From the NCBI GenBank assembly GCA_013265495.1, contig MU058059.1:2021502-2085501 (forward strand): a DNA stretch of 64,000 nt, in the 5' to 3' direction. Source of the stretch: Vicugna vicugna. Lineage: Eukaryota. Both the position numbers and the translations under genes were made by a program. Positions 13,185-23,584 of this stretch are shown here, one piece after another; position 1 is the stretch's first letter; every line of letters begins with the position of its first letter. The notes beneath the pieces are model-generated. The model made no database searches. It was given only the letters and a program-made list of their open reading frames with translations, and was not told where the DNA came from.

Positions 13185-13274
13185 TTTTCTTTTTTTAATG
13201 GAGGTACCGGGGATTGAACCCAGGACCTCATGCATGCTAAGCATGCACTCTACCACCGAGCTATACCCTCCCCC
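13185..13274 (-). mobile_element. Camelid tRNA-derived SINE (Vic-1 family) head
   Basis: Minus strand GGGGAGGGTATAGCTCGGTGGTAGAGTGCATGCTTAGCATGCATGAGGTCCTGGGTTCAATCCCCGGTACCTCCATTAAAA, with Pol III A and B boxes. Confidence 0.88.
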
Positions 13275-15659
13275 ACTGACACCTTGTGTTAATTTTTGAC
13301 TCTGGCCTCCAGACCTGCCCACGGCCCCTCACAGCCCCTCCTCGGCCATCTAAAAATGAGACGGCCTTAGCTTCCAGGGATGGAGACAGGGACCAGACAG
13401 TGCAGGTGTGAAGACTGTAGGGGGAGAGGAAAAACGTTCCCTTCCCCTGGTTCCTAACAGGTCAGTTCACTCGAGAAACGAGTTAAACGCCGAAAACGTT
13501 TGCTCCTTACTGACTCTATTACCTTCCGTTTTTGAAGAGTTGGCATCTTAAATGGTCCTAGTGACACCGAATCTGTCTTAATTATTAACCTTTCCTCTCA
13601 GGGCAGAGAGTTGTCTATGGAAGAATTTTCTAAATTTCTTAATTAACCTGCAGTGACTTGATTTGGCTAAGACTGTACTCTGAAACCACTATGAGATGCC
13701 ACCCACGCTACCGCAGAGTAGTGAAAAAAAGGAAACAAAACTACACCACAAAGCAAAATACCTATAGCAGAAATCGGCTCAGCGACGAAAGGTCAGAAAG
13801 ACGGAAGCAAACGGGTGACAAGGAGAGTAAGAAGCTGAAGGTCCAAGGTTGCAGAGGTTACTGCTCTGCACACATCATTGCCAAGGGTATGTCTGAGGAC
13901 CAACTGTATTTCTCTTAACGGTTCTCAGATTTAGGTTTTGATGATGCGCGTCTCAGAAGCCAGCTTTCATTCATTAATAGGTGGCTTCTTACTACCTGCT
14001 TCGCCTTTTGAAGAAAGCAGGTACTCCTCCCTCTAAACAGAGACGAGATCTGGCATTTAACAGAAGCGAGCAGAGGTTTAGCCAGGAGGAAGACTCATCT
14101 CCACGCTCCCCACCCCGTTTCCCGTCACGCTCTGGCCCCTGCCAGCAGAGGAGGACCTACCTGGAGATTTACTGAGGCCGCAGGCTCCTCACTCCCATCC
14201 CTTGTAAGGCCTGGGGGACCCGCCACCATCTTCACAAGGCCGTAGACGCCATAAATGCCGCAAGTGCCACTGATAAAATAAAGATGATTTAGCTGCAATA
14301 GGACAAGAACTTCTAATCTTTTTACTCCAACTTGTCCTTTCCAGAACTTTCTTTAGTGTCAATGGTCCTGGGGAGGCTGAGGGCATTTTGGGACCAGACT
14401 AAGGCAAATTTGAGCCAATCTGGGTGCAGGGGACTTGGGTCAGAGGTGTTGGTGGGGGAACCTCTGACTTCAGGCTGGTTCTTGCTGGGGGGCCCTGCCC
14501 TTCAGGTGTGTCCCTGGAAAGGGTCTCTAGGTGACAGGGGCCATCTGAGGCCCACAGAGCTTGCTCCCTGGGCCTGGGGCATGCCCGAGGGCCCTGGTGA
14601 CGTCAGCCTCCCTACACTGTGGGGCCTGGGCCCCTATTAGCTGCATGGCTCCCGGTCAGCTTCTCCTCTGGACCCCGTGGGGGTCTCCTTGCTCCGCCCC
14701 TGTGCCCATGCAGGCCACTCAGTGCTCCCCCTCCTGGGAAGACCACCCGGGACTCTCACCTGGAGCTCCCACCCTGGCCACACCAACCTGGACATCACCA
14801 CTGCCAGTGCTCTTCTAGAACTCTCCCGCAGGGGGCAGTAGTGGGCAGAGAGCAATAGTTCCAGTCTTGGCTTTCTGAGCTTCCCCGAGAGGGAATTAGA
14901 CTTCCTGCTTCCCTCTGGATGTCTCTCCCACGCTCTCCCCCGGGGCTAATGCTGAGTCCTCCCCAGCTAGTGTAAGGAGGGCTGACAAGTGTTACGGGCT
15001 CACTATGTGCCCGGCTGCGGGAGGGGGAAGGCCCTGTTCTAGGCTCTGGACACGTATTAACTCCTTTAACCTCCACAAATATTCTGTAAAGTCATCTAAT
15101 GTCTCCCCTTTTCTATGGGGAAAGAAACCAAAACGCAGCAGCGCAAGTGCTGTGATCACCCCGGGCACCCGGGCCAGCCGCCCGCCCATCCTCCGGCTCT
15201 GAGCAGCGCCAGCTCCCTTGCTCCCTTGCTGGTTCTGTGCGAAGCCAGGGCTGGAGGAATTGGGAAGCTCCTCTCTCCAGACAGTAGTCCAGCCTTCCAG
15301 CCTCTAGTTTTGCCAAGGAGAACAAGATTCTCCTGGTTGGGAAGGGAAGATGCTCAAAAGCTTCAGGGGGAAATTAAAGCAGGTGAATATTTCCAGGGTG
15401 CAGAAAGCATTGGGGGAAAGATAAACCCACGTTGCATTTTGGAATAGTGCCTTGTTTTAAACAGGATGATCTCTGGGAGCCCAGAAGGGTTGTGAGTGAA
15501 ATGCGTGGTTGGGCGGCTGGTCCAGAACTGCAGGTGACCAGGTGCTGATTCTCTGATTAGGGCCGGGAGAGCTCACAGAAGGAAGTGGGGCTGGGGTCCC
15601 CAAAGTCGGTGTCAGCGCAGATGGGTGCACAGATGCAATGATCTCCCTTTCTCTCTTAT

Positions 15660-16075
15660 CTAATTTCTTTTTTAAAATAAGGTGACCCTTTATTGTTACA
15701 AAAACTTTAAGACACACACACATAAATGTTTCTCATACACGTTACAAACCATTAGCAGAAGTAAGACAGAATCACCAAGTTCGCACTGATCAAGAGAGTC
15801 CCGCAGTGAAAGCTTTAGTGTGTATCCTTTCTACGAACATAAATCTTTTTACCAAAATGAAATGGCTCTATCCTTGAGATGGTTCTGTAACCTGCTTTTT
15901 TCAGCAAAGCCTCATCTCTCCATGGATTTCCTGCTCACCCACTACCCATTATGTATTCAAATTTCCCAAATATTCTCCAAATGTCCTTTATACCACTTCA
16001 TCCCGACATGGATCCAATCTGAGCGAACCCACCGCACCTGGCTAGTACATTTCCTGGGTCCCTTTTCGTCTAGAA
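15660..16075 (-). mobile_element. Old L1 (L1MC/L1ME-like) 3' fragments
   Basis: ggttctgtaacctgctttttt; attcaaatttcccaaat...ggatccaatc. Confidence 0.5.
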
Positions 16076-17908
16076 CATTGAGGACCCTGCCAGGGGTCTG
16101 AGGAGCATCCCTCCCAGGCTAGTCTGGGGTCCCTCCACGGAGATACTACGCCCTGTACCCCCAGCGTTCTCAGGAACTGGTGTGTGGCCAGTGCATCCAA
16201 ACCTGCAAACAAGGAAGGTCCTGGGTCAATTTCATCCTGCTGAGTAAGGCAAAACCCCCTGTCCTGTGGGAGATGACTTCCAAGTTCATCACCAGGCAGG
16301 TGTCCAGAGAGCAAGGAACAGGGAGGCTCACTGGTTACGTGAAGATGCTTAAACACGTGGCTTCTTGTGTCTGTTTAACGGCCAGGAGAAAAAGACCCGC
16401 CCAATGGGGAGCATCCCAGGGACAGGGCACCTGGCACAGAGCCAGCCTTCCACGGCCCGCTGCCTTGCTCCCTCCGGCCACCTGCCAGGGCCTTTCTGGG
16501 ACTCGACGGGGAGGAGAGACAAGAGAATGCAGTGAAGCCCTGTAAAGATGCTCTCGTTAGCAGAGGACTTCCATTGTCTGTACAAGCTGTCCTTCCATCT
16601 CAGGAGCAGCCCTGAGCAGCACACAGAAGAGACGGCACAGGCGAGAAGTGAGGGCGGGTGCTAGGGGACTCGCCTGTCCGGCTGTGAAGCCGGGACCCAC
16701 CGGGAGGCGAGCCGGGTGCCCTCAGCTCCACGTCTACGGCCCTTTCTATTTTATCAGATGACTGCGTTTGGGAAGGAGCAGGGGTTGGAAATACGGGTTC
16801 ATCAGAGTCTAAACCATCCATGGAGGAAGGAAGCAATGTTGCAGGCAGACAGCCAAATCACCTTAGGTGAACAACGCCCCTCTCATGCCCCACCACCCCC
16901 AGTTTCCTGAGAGCTCAGCTCATGGGCCTGTTGCTTCCCAGAGCTTCTAGAAGCCCCTGCTCCCCACCCTGGCGTCTCCTATATGACCTTCATCTCTAGG
17001 AATGCTGGAGTTCTTTGAGGGCTCAGGACAGGTCCTGATAACATGAATAGCAAGGAGGTGCTATCTCCAGGCACGAGGCTGGGTAACTTGCCCCAAATCC
17101 CTGGTGTGATAAGCACACTGGGAGCCACACAGCCTCACTGGTCTCAGGACTCTCTCCACGCCAGACTCTCCCAGACTGGGACCCGGAACTGTCTCCACCC
17201 ACACAGCTCACTGTCTGCATTCATGTGATGCCACTGTTTTCTCAGTTGGCTTTGCAACAGAGAGCATCAAAGATGGTTTGCACCCTACGACTCTTTCCAC
17301 TTCGGCCTCAAGATCACTGCCTTGCTGGGTCCCACAGTCATGAGCGGTGGGGTCACGGCGCTCACCTTACCTGAACCCAGGCCCGTCCCACAAAAACCCA
17401 CCTTAAGCCAGACTTCGGCATCTCGGTGAGGATCCTTGGCCTCCTCCCTCTGATGTCCTCCCTCCACACACAGAGAATAAACAGACCTTGGTCTGCTTAT
17501 CAGCTGATTGTTGGGTGATATTTTTGAGGAGCTGGAATTTGATAACAGAAAGAAAAGAGAAAAAGAGATATAAGAGAAAAGGAGGGACCAGAGGGGCGTT
17601 TCCCTGGGGACAGGGGACCATGTCTTGCAGCAGCAGGGACACCTGGGGCCCCAGGCCTTGTACAAACAGCAGGAGTGGTGCTCAGCTACGTGTAATCCTA
17701 CAGTTAAATCTGCTGTCTGAGACTCGTGTATGAAGGTCAAACGCTTGGTTCCCATCCCCCAGGTAGAAGGGAAAGTGGCATTTGCTGAAGAACAGCCTTT
17801 CAGCTTCTTTCCACCTCCCTCCAGGAAAGGGTCCATGTTTCAGATCCCACAGCCCACATCTCCCTCACCAAGATGGAGACCATCTGGCCAAGGCCACGGG
17901 GAACCTCC

Positions 17909-18403
17909 CATTGACTGAAAATAAAATGCACAACCTGAAAGTTGAGAGTTGTGTTTTATTCAGTGGACTCTCTGAGAACTCGGGCCAGGGAGGCGGCCTC
18001 TCAGGTGGCTCTGAGGGCTGCTCCAAAGAGGCACGGGAGGAGCCAGGAGACAGGAGATTTTGCAACAAAGACCAGAAAGTCAGAACATCAAAACTTTACT
18101 CTTAATTAAAGAAAACCAGGCATCTCAAGTTAAGGAATTTAGCCCTTTTCTACGTATGGGAAAGCACAAAGGTCTGGGCTCACTGAAATCATTCCTTTGA
18201 TTGTCTAGGGCCAGTGTCGTGTTCTTTCCCATCCTGAGTCCCCTCAGGGGGCACCACTAGGGGTGGCAGCAGGGGCCGGGCTGCCTGCTTGTCTGCATCC
18301 TGAGCTCCCTCCGCTCACTGTCACGGGCGGTGGTAGTGGCTGACGACTTGAGGGCCACAGCATCCTTTGTTTACTGATATGGCTGCAATATTTTTCATTC
18401 ACA
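17909..18403 (-). mobile_element. ERV1 solo LTR (MER41-like, artiodactyl type)
   Basis: Plus strand ttgactgaaaataaaatgcacaacctgaaagttgagagttgtgttttatt (AATAAA on the minus strand), ctcaggtggctctgag...ctgctccaaagagg, ending ...ttcattcaca. About 495 bp, with a possible 4-bp TSD ctcc/cttc. Confidence 0.75.
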
Positions 18404-18874
18404 CTTCTGAGCCCTCAGGGCTGTGCCCGGGTCCTCTGTGGCCTCTCAGCTGTGGCCACTGCTCACTCTGCTGGCATTTGCTGCCCATGGTCCACCCCCT
18501 GGCCTGCTAGCCTGGCCCCATCTCCTTCTCCAAGGAGCAAGGTCTGGCCTTGACTCCCATTTGCCCCCTGCAGGAGGTCCACACTGCGGTCTAACCTACA
18601 GTCTGGACTGCCCAGGTGTCCACGGGCCTGGGGGCTGCCTCCCCAACCCTCCACGGGGCCCACTCTGTGTGAGCGACCGTCCAGGCCCTGGTCCCTCTGG
18701 CCCAACTCTGGATTCACTGAGCACAGGCGAGACCCCTCACACTGGGTCAAGGACTCTCGGGGGTTTTCTGTCCAGAATCCCGCCCAGGAATTAGGACAAA
18801 AGACCTGCTCTCAGTGTCCCTTCAGCCTCCTGACACATCAGCCCTTCTCCACGCATCAGCCAGGAGAGGGAAGC

Positions 18875-19200
18875 CAGGGCCTGTAGCACCACAGATGGGG
18901 GCCCAGCCAACAGAAGCAACTGGTCCCCGTTCGGGGGCTGGAAGGTGAAGAGGACGATGTGGGCAGAGCTGGTTCATTCCGAGCCTGTGCCCTCACTGGT
19001 CGTCCCCCTGTGCCTGTTTATGTCCCAAACTCCTCTTCATATAAGGACACCAGTCATAGTGGGTTAGGCCCACCCACAGGACGTCACTTTACCTCACTTA
19101 CCTCTTTAGAGGCCTTATCTCCAAACGCACTCACCTTCTGCGGTGCTGGGGGTTAGGACTTACACATGTGGCATGCGGTGGGGACACAGTTCAGCCCAGG
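18875..19200 (-). mobile_element. MLT1A-like MaLR LTR
   Basis: tcctcttcatataaggacaccagtcatagtgggttaggccc...gggggttaggactt...ggggacacagttcagccca. Confidence 0.8.
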
Positions 19201-20050
19201 ACATGCCCCTCCTCTGCTGTTTCCATTCTGTTCTCTTCCCTTCCCCGGGGGCCAGAAGTCCCGCCTGCCCACTTCTCTCTCCTTTCCAGACGGGAGTTTT
19301 CTTCTGTCTTCGTGCTGCTCTGCCTTGTCCCCGTCCAAAATGGCAAACCGGCGGCCGCGGGACCCTGTTTCCCGGAGAAAGAAACGAGAACTCCGTTAGT
19401 TTCACATTTTCCAAGTCCTTACCTTACCCTGGAGACTGAGGACACCTGTGGTTAAGCCGGCCCGGGGCGCTCAGATTCTAGACTATGGAGGACTTCTAAA
19501 AGGGGTGAGAAATGTGTTTCCCAAGCAGATGAAAATTCTGATCTCCGAGATCATATGAATTCTTTTGCATCCTCAAGCTGTGAGGCTTAGGAATATCCAG
19601 ATGCTTGGAGCTAGACTGAAGAAGAAAAAAAGTTAAAAAAGAAAAAGATAAGAAGAAAAAAAAAAGGGAGCCTGGTTAACTGATGACATCCTCACGGCCG
19701 TTCGTTCTCTAATAAGCAGTTCTGAGACATTTACTGCGTCACTTTCAACCTGCCAGTCCTGTCAGCTTTAATGAGCGTCTTGCATGGGATTCTTACAATT
19801 TTACTTGCTACATTAGAGTAATTGTTGGTATTTGAGGAGGAGCCTGAAGCCAGCTGAATATTCTTTAGAAGTTTTCAGGGTATCTGATTGAGTTTATCAG
19901 CTTCTTTCTCATAGCTTCTGTACCGCCTCTCTGGATGACTGGAGAGTTCTTTCATAACCGTGCCAAGCTTGGCATAAAACACTTCATCACAAAGAAGCTG
20001 AACAGACCAGGCGGACGGTCCTGCTGGTTCAAGGAGTAATGAAGGACCAA

Positions 20051-20068
20051 CAGTGCCCTCTAGTGAGA
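20051..20068 (-). promoter_or_regulatory. CTCF-binding motif
   Basis: Reverse complement tcTCACTAGAGGGCACtg, one mismatch to CCACTAGAGGGCAC. Confidence 0.45.
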
Positions 20069-21049
20069 TAACATGGGTACTACACGTTTCCACCAGCTAA
20101 TTTAAGAACCTCATTAAATCAGAGCAAATTCAGGGATTAAACCTCATTTTATTGCAGATCTTCACAAGAAGAATCACAAACTGTAAGTAGAAGTTCTGAC
20201 TGTCAGTCAGGAATAAGTTAAATAACATATCAATTATTCTTTTGTAACTACAAGACTTCATAATATCATGCACTTATTTAAATAGTCTTAAATCTGAAAA
20301 CACAGATAAAAGTGAATTTAATGATCTCAGAACAATAATTCATCTTAACTTATCAAAACACAATTATAAGGGATTATTACAAGAAGAGCATATATTAATA
20401 GACTACTGCTGGTAAGACCAAAATATTTTGACTGGATTTTGATGAGAAATTAATAAATATGTTTAAGAAACTGTCACTAGAACCTTAGGGAAAAATTTTT
20501 AAGTGCCAAGAAAAAAATTCCGTTTTTCTTTTCTCCAGGTGTGAACGGTGCTTAGCAGAGACTGGTAACATTCATTACTGTTTTCCTTAGTTGCTTCATT
20601 CATCTAAAAGGAAAGTTATTCTGAGTAATTTACAGTTAATTTATGACAAGAGAGGAGAGTCCCAGGAGACTTTGAAAATTGAACAGAAAGAGACCCAAAG
20701 GCCAAAATTACACGGAACCACAAATTGCATACAGAAGTCAAACCAGTAAGGTTTGGTAATCTCAGATCAATAAGATTTGGTAATCTAATGGAAAAGGCTT
20801 GACAGAGAAGAGATGACTTCTTTCAGACTGCTAACTGTTGAACAGGAACATGTATTAATGGTATTCATTCACAATCTAACTGCATTCACTTGACAGGTAA
20901 GAGGGAAGTTTCCCCATCAAATTAAATTTTAAAATGTAGGGCATATATAAAAAGGATACGGATAAGTTTGAGCTTTGAACCAGGAAGTGAAGCTTCCAAA
21001 GTTGCTTGGATTTTCAGGCAGTAAGACAAATCTATTAGTTCATGGTTAA

Positions 21050-21290
21050 TTGTAGAGTTTGGGGACCTCAAATTCCAGACCCAAATACAGAATTGTTTAT
21101 TTGACATTTCCAGTTGGAGTCTATTAGACAATTAAAACGCACAAAGTCCAAAAGGTCACTCCTCCGGTGCCCGCCCCCATCCCTCCAAACAAAAAACAAA
21201 ACGCTGTTCTGCGTGCCAGCTTTCTCACCTCATTTGACTGCAGGTCCATCAATACAAAAACCTCTTTCTCAACCCATCAGGAAGTGTGGG
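21050..21290 (+). mobile_element. L2 fragment
   Basis: aattccagacccaaatacagaattgtttatttgacatttccagttgga. Confidence 0.6.
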
Positions 21291-21694
21291 GGACATGGAG
21301 TGAAAATACATCCCTAGTAGGAACAAGGGTCATAAGGAGAGCGTGTTATTCACAAAGAAAACTTTCCCTCGTGGACTCCTTCTTTGTGGGGCATGGCTTG
21401 GATGCCACCACAGACTTCTCAGTCCTAGAGCTTCCCAGGATTTACAGGAATTACCCGACACGATCAATCAACTGTCCAATAACTCATCCCAGGTGACTGG
21501 AGTGCAGTGGATGTTGCATTGTGATTGAAAGCCTTCTCAAACTGTCACTTGTAACTTTGGTTTTATTCTAAACCTAGTGTCACTTTAAAGTACAATGATT
21601 TTGGAGATTTATTGGTTGAATTTGGGCTCATGGGAAACAGAATCTTCAACACGCCAATTGCAGTGCTTCCCACAAGACTTGTATTCTAAACAGA

Positions 21695-21900
21695 GCAGGA
21701 ATCGTGCTTGCTCTGGGAGTCAGAAAACCTGGACTGTACCGTGGTTCACCAACACTTGGCCACAGGAGCTTTGACAAGACATGTCACCTCTCTGAGACCA
21801 GAATCATACTCTAAGTAACAGACACAGTACCACTCCACGTCCCACTTCCACAAGATTCTTGTGAAAATCAGAAAATGAAAGTAGTATTTGTTTGAAAACT
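21695..21900 (+). mobile_element. MIR SINE
   Basis: ggagtcagaaaacctgg...ctttgacaagacatgtcacctctctgagacca. Confidence 0.65.
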
Positions 21901-21959
21901 AGGAGCGTCCACACACACCCCAGTATTATTTTTCCTAACTTAGAAAACTAATTTACGTA

Positions 21960-23365
21960 TTCAGTTTTATTAAGGTATAATTGAAATAAATTAAACAGTA
22001 CATGCTTAAATACAACTTGCAAAGGTCTAGCACACACATGCGCACACCGTCCGCCTTCCTCACTGCGTTGCCTGGAACGCTCAGTACGATGTTGAACGGA
22101 AGTGGTCAAAGTGGACACCTTTCCCTCGTCTCTGATCTTAGGGGGAAAGGCTTTAGTCCTCAGCCACTGAGTACGATGTTAGCGGTGGGTGTTACAGATG
22201 TCCGTTATCAAGTCAAGAAAGTCTTCTATTTCTAGTTTGTACGCATTTTTAATCAGAAATGGATGCTGAGTTTTACCAAAAATTTCTCTGCATTCGTCCA
22301 GATGATCAGGTACTTTCTCTTTTTTAGTTTGTTTAATATGTGGATTATACTGATTGATTTTTCAAATGTTAAATCAAACTGACATTTCTAGAATAAACCC
22401 ACGTGGACGTGGTACACTACCTTTTCCATGTATTGCTTGATTAAATTGACTACAACTTTGTTAAGGATTTTTACATCTGTGTTCTTGACAGTCATTGTTC
22501 TGTAGTGTACTTTTGTCCGGTTTTGGTATCTGAGTAATGCTGAGTTAAGTATTCCCTCTCCTGCAATTTCGTTGAAGAGTCCGTACAGAATCGGTATTAT
22601 TTCTTCCTCAAGTGTTACATCTGCAAAGGGGGGCCCCTCCAGTCCGTAGCTGAGTTACATGTTCTTGCTTCTTTGCCTGCCTAGTATTTTCTGATTGGAT
22701 AACAATCACATTGTGAATTTAACCTCTGGAGACTGGGTGTTCTGTGTTACTATAAATATTTTTGAGCTTTGCTCTGGAATGCCATTCATTTCCTCGAAAA
22801 GGACTGGATCCTTTTGTGGCTTGCTTTTAAGCTTGCTGACTGGGTCCAAGCAGATCTCGTCTGTAAGTTTTTCCAATACTGTGGCAATACCACACGAGTC
22901 TTTCAACTGACGCAGTATAGACAACAAGGCTTCCTCCCTGGAGCACAAGCGATCGCCAGTCCTGTGAGGCAGGCAGCTGTTCTCCGTAATCCTTTCCGGT
23001 GGTTCTTTTCCTGGCCTTGGGTGGGTGGCTTCACCACATGCGCACACTGACCTGTGGATGGCAGGGAGGGGGACCTTTACAGATCTTCAGAGCCTTCTCT
23101 CTCCCTGTGGGGCTCTTGTCTCTCTGGTTCTCTGCCCAGAAAACTCCAGCCCTTCGGGCCACCAGGTACTCCCGGCATCTTCTCCTGAAGCCCGGGAGGC
23201 TGCCCCGCGCTTCCCGGCCGCCCTCTCCTCCAGGCGATGGTGGGGCTCACCTAGTAGGTATCTCCCATCTCAGGAATCACTGTCCTCTGCTTGTGTCCAA
23301 TGACTCAAAATCACTGCGCGGTGTATTTTGTCCTATTTTTCAGACATCCCATCTTGACTCGAGGT
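21960..23365 (-). mobile_element. Rearranged old L1: 3' end, ORF2 RT segment and 5' segment
   Basis: 22060-22620 (cagtacgatgttgaacggaagtgg...ctgatcttagggggaaaggcttt...) is antisense L1 RT-region sequence; the flanks resemble L1M 3' and 5' ends. Confidence 0.75.
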
Positions 23366-23376
23366 GAAAGTCTCAA

Positions 23377-23584
23377 ATTTTCCACCAGGGTTTGAAGTAC
23401 GAGGACAGGACACCACGAGATCGAACGAGCAGGGGGGTTGGAGAGAGAGGGAAGGAACGGAGTTAGGCCTTGACACAGAAGTAGGCTTAATGCGGGAGGA
23501 CAAGAAAGGGGACCATTTCAAGCTGTTTTCTGAACTTCCAAGCTATTCGTATGTCAATTCTTCTCAAACAGAAGCGTGACAGAA
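23377..23584 (+). repeat. Local duplication 1, copy A (208 bp; copy B at 25417-25624)
   Basis: About 80% identity by manual alignment, with a perfect core aggggaccatttcaagctgttttctgaac. Confidence 0.9.

Larger units (their letters stand above)
12700..13315 (+). mobile_element. MLT1A-C type MaLR LTR interrupted by an insertion at 13009-13274
   Basis: tgttacaggttgaatgtcatctcccccaaa start; the LTR resumes after the second TSD with tttttgactctggcctccaga. Confidence 0.75.

Noticed and set aside
13195..13274. tRNA gene-like sequence
   Set aside because: It is a Vic-1 SINE head followed by an A-rich tail within a TSD; the same applies at 34105-34185.
19961..19974. 14-bp perfect palindrome tgccaagcttggca
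   Set aside because: Several palindromes of this length are expected by chance in 64 kb.
19730..20093. Minus-strand frame with a single internal stop (...VFYAKLGTVMKELSSHPERRY...)
   Set aside because: No recognisable protein family, poly(A) or TSD; consistent with chance. A tblastn search would settle it.
23364..23579. 71-aa ORF in duplication copy A as a duplicated coding exon
   Set aside because: Copy B has a stop in the corresponding frame between its compensating indels.
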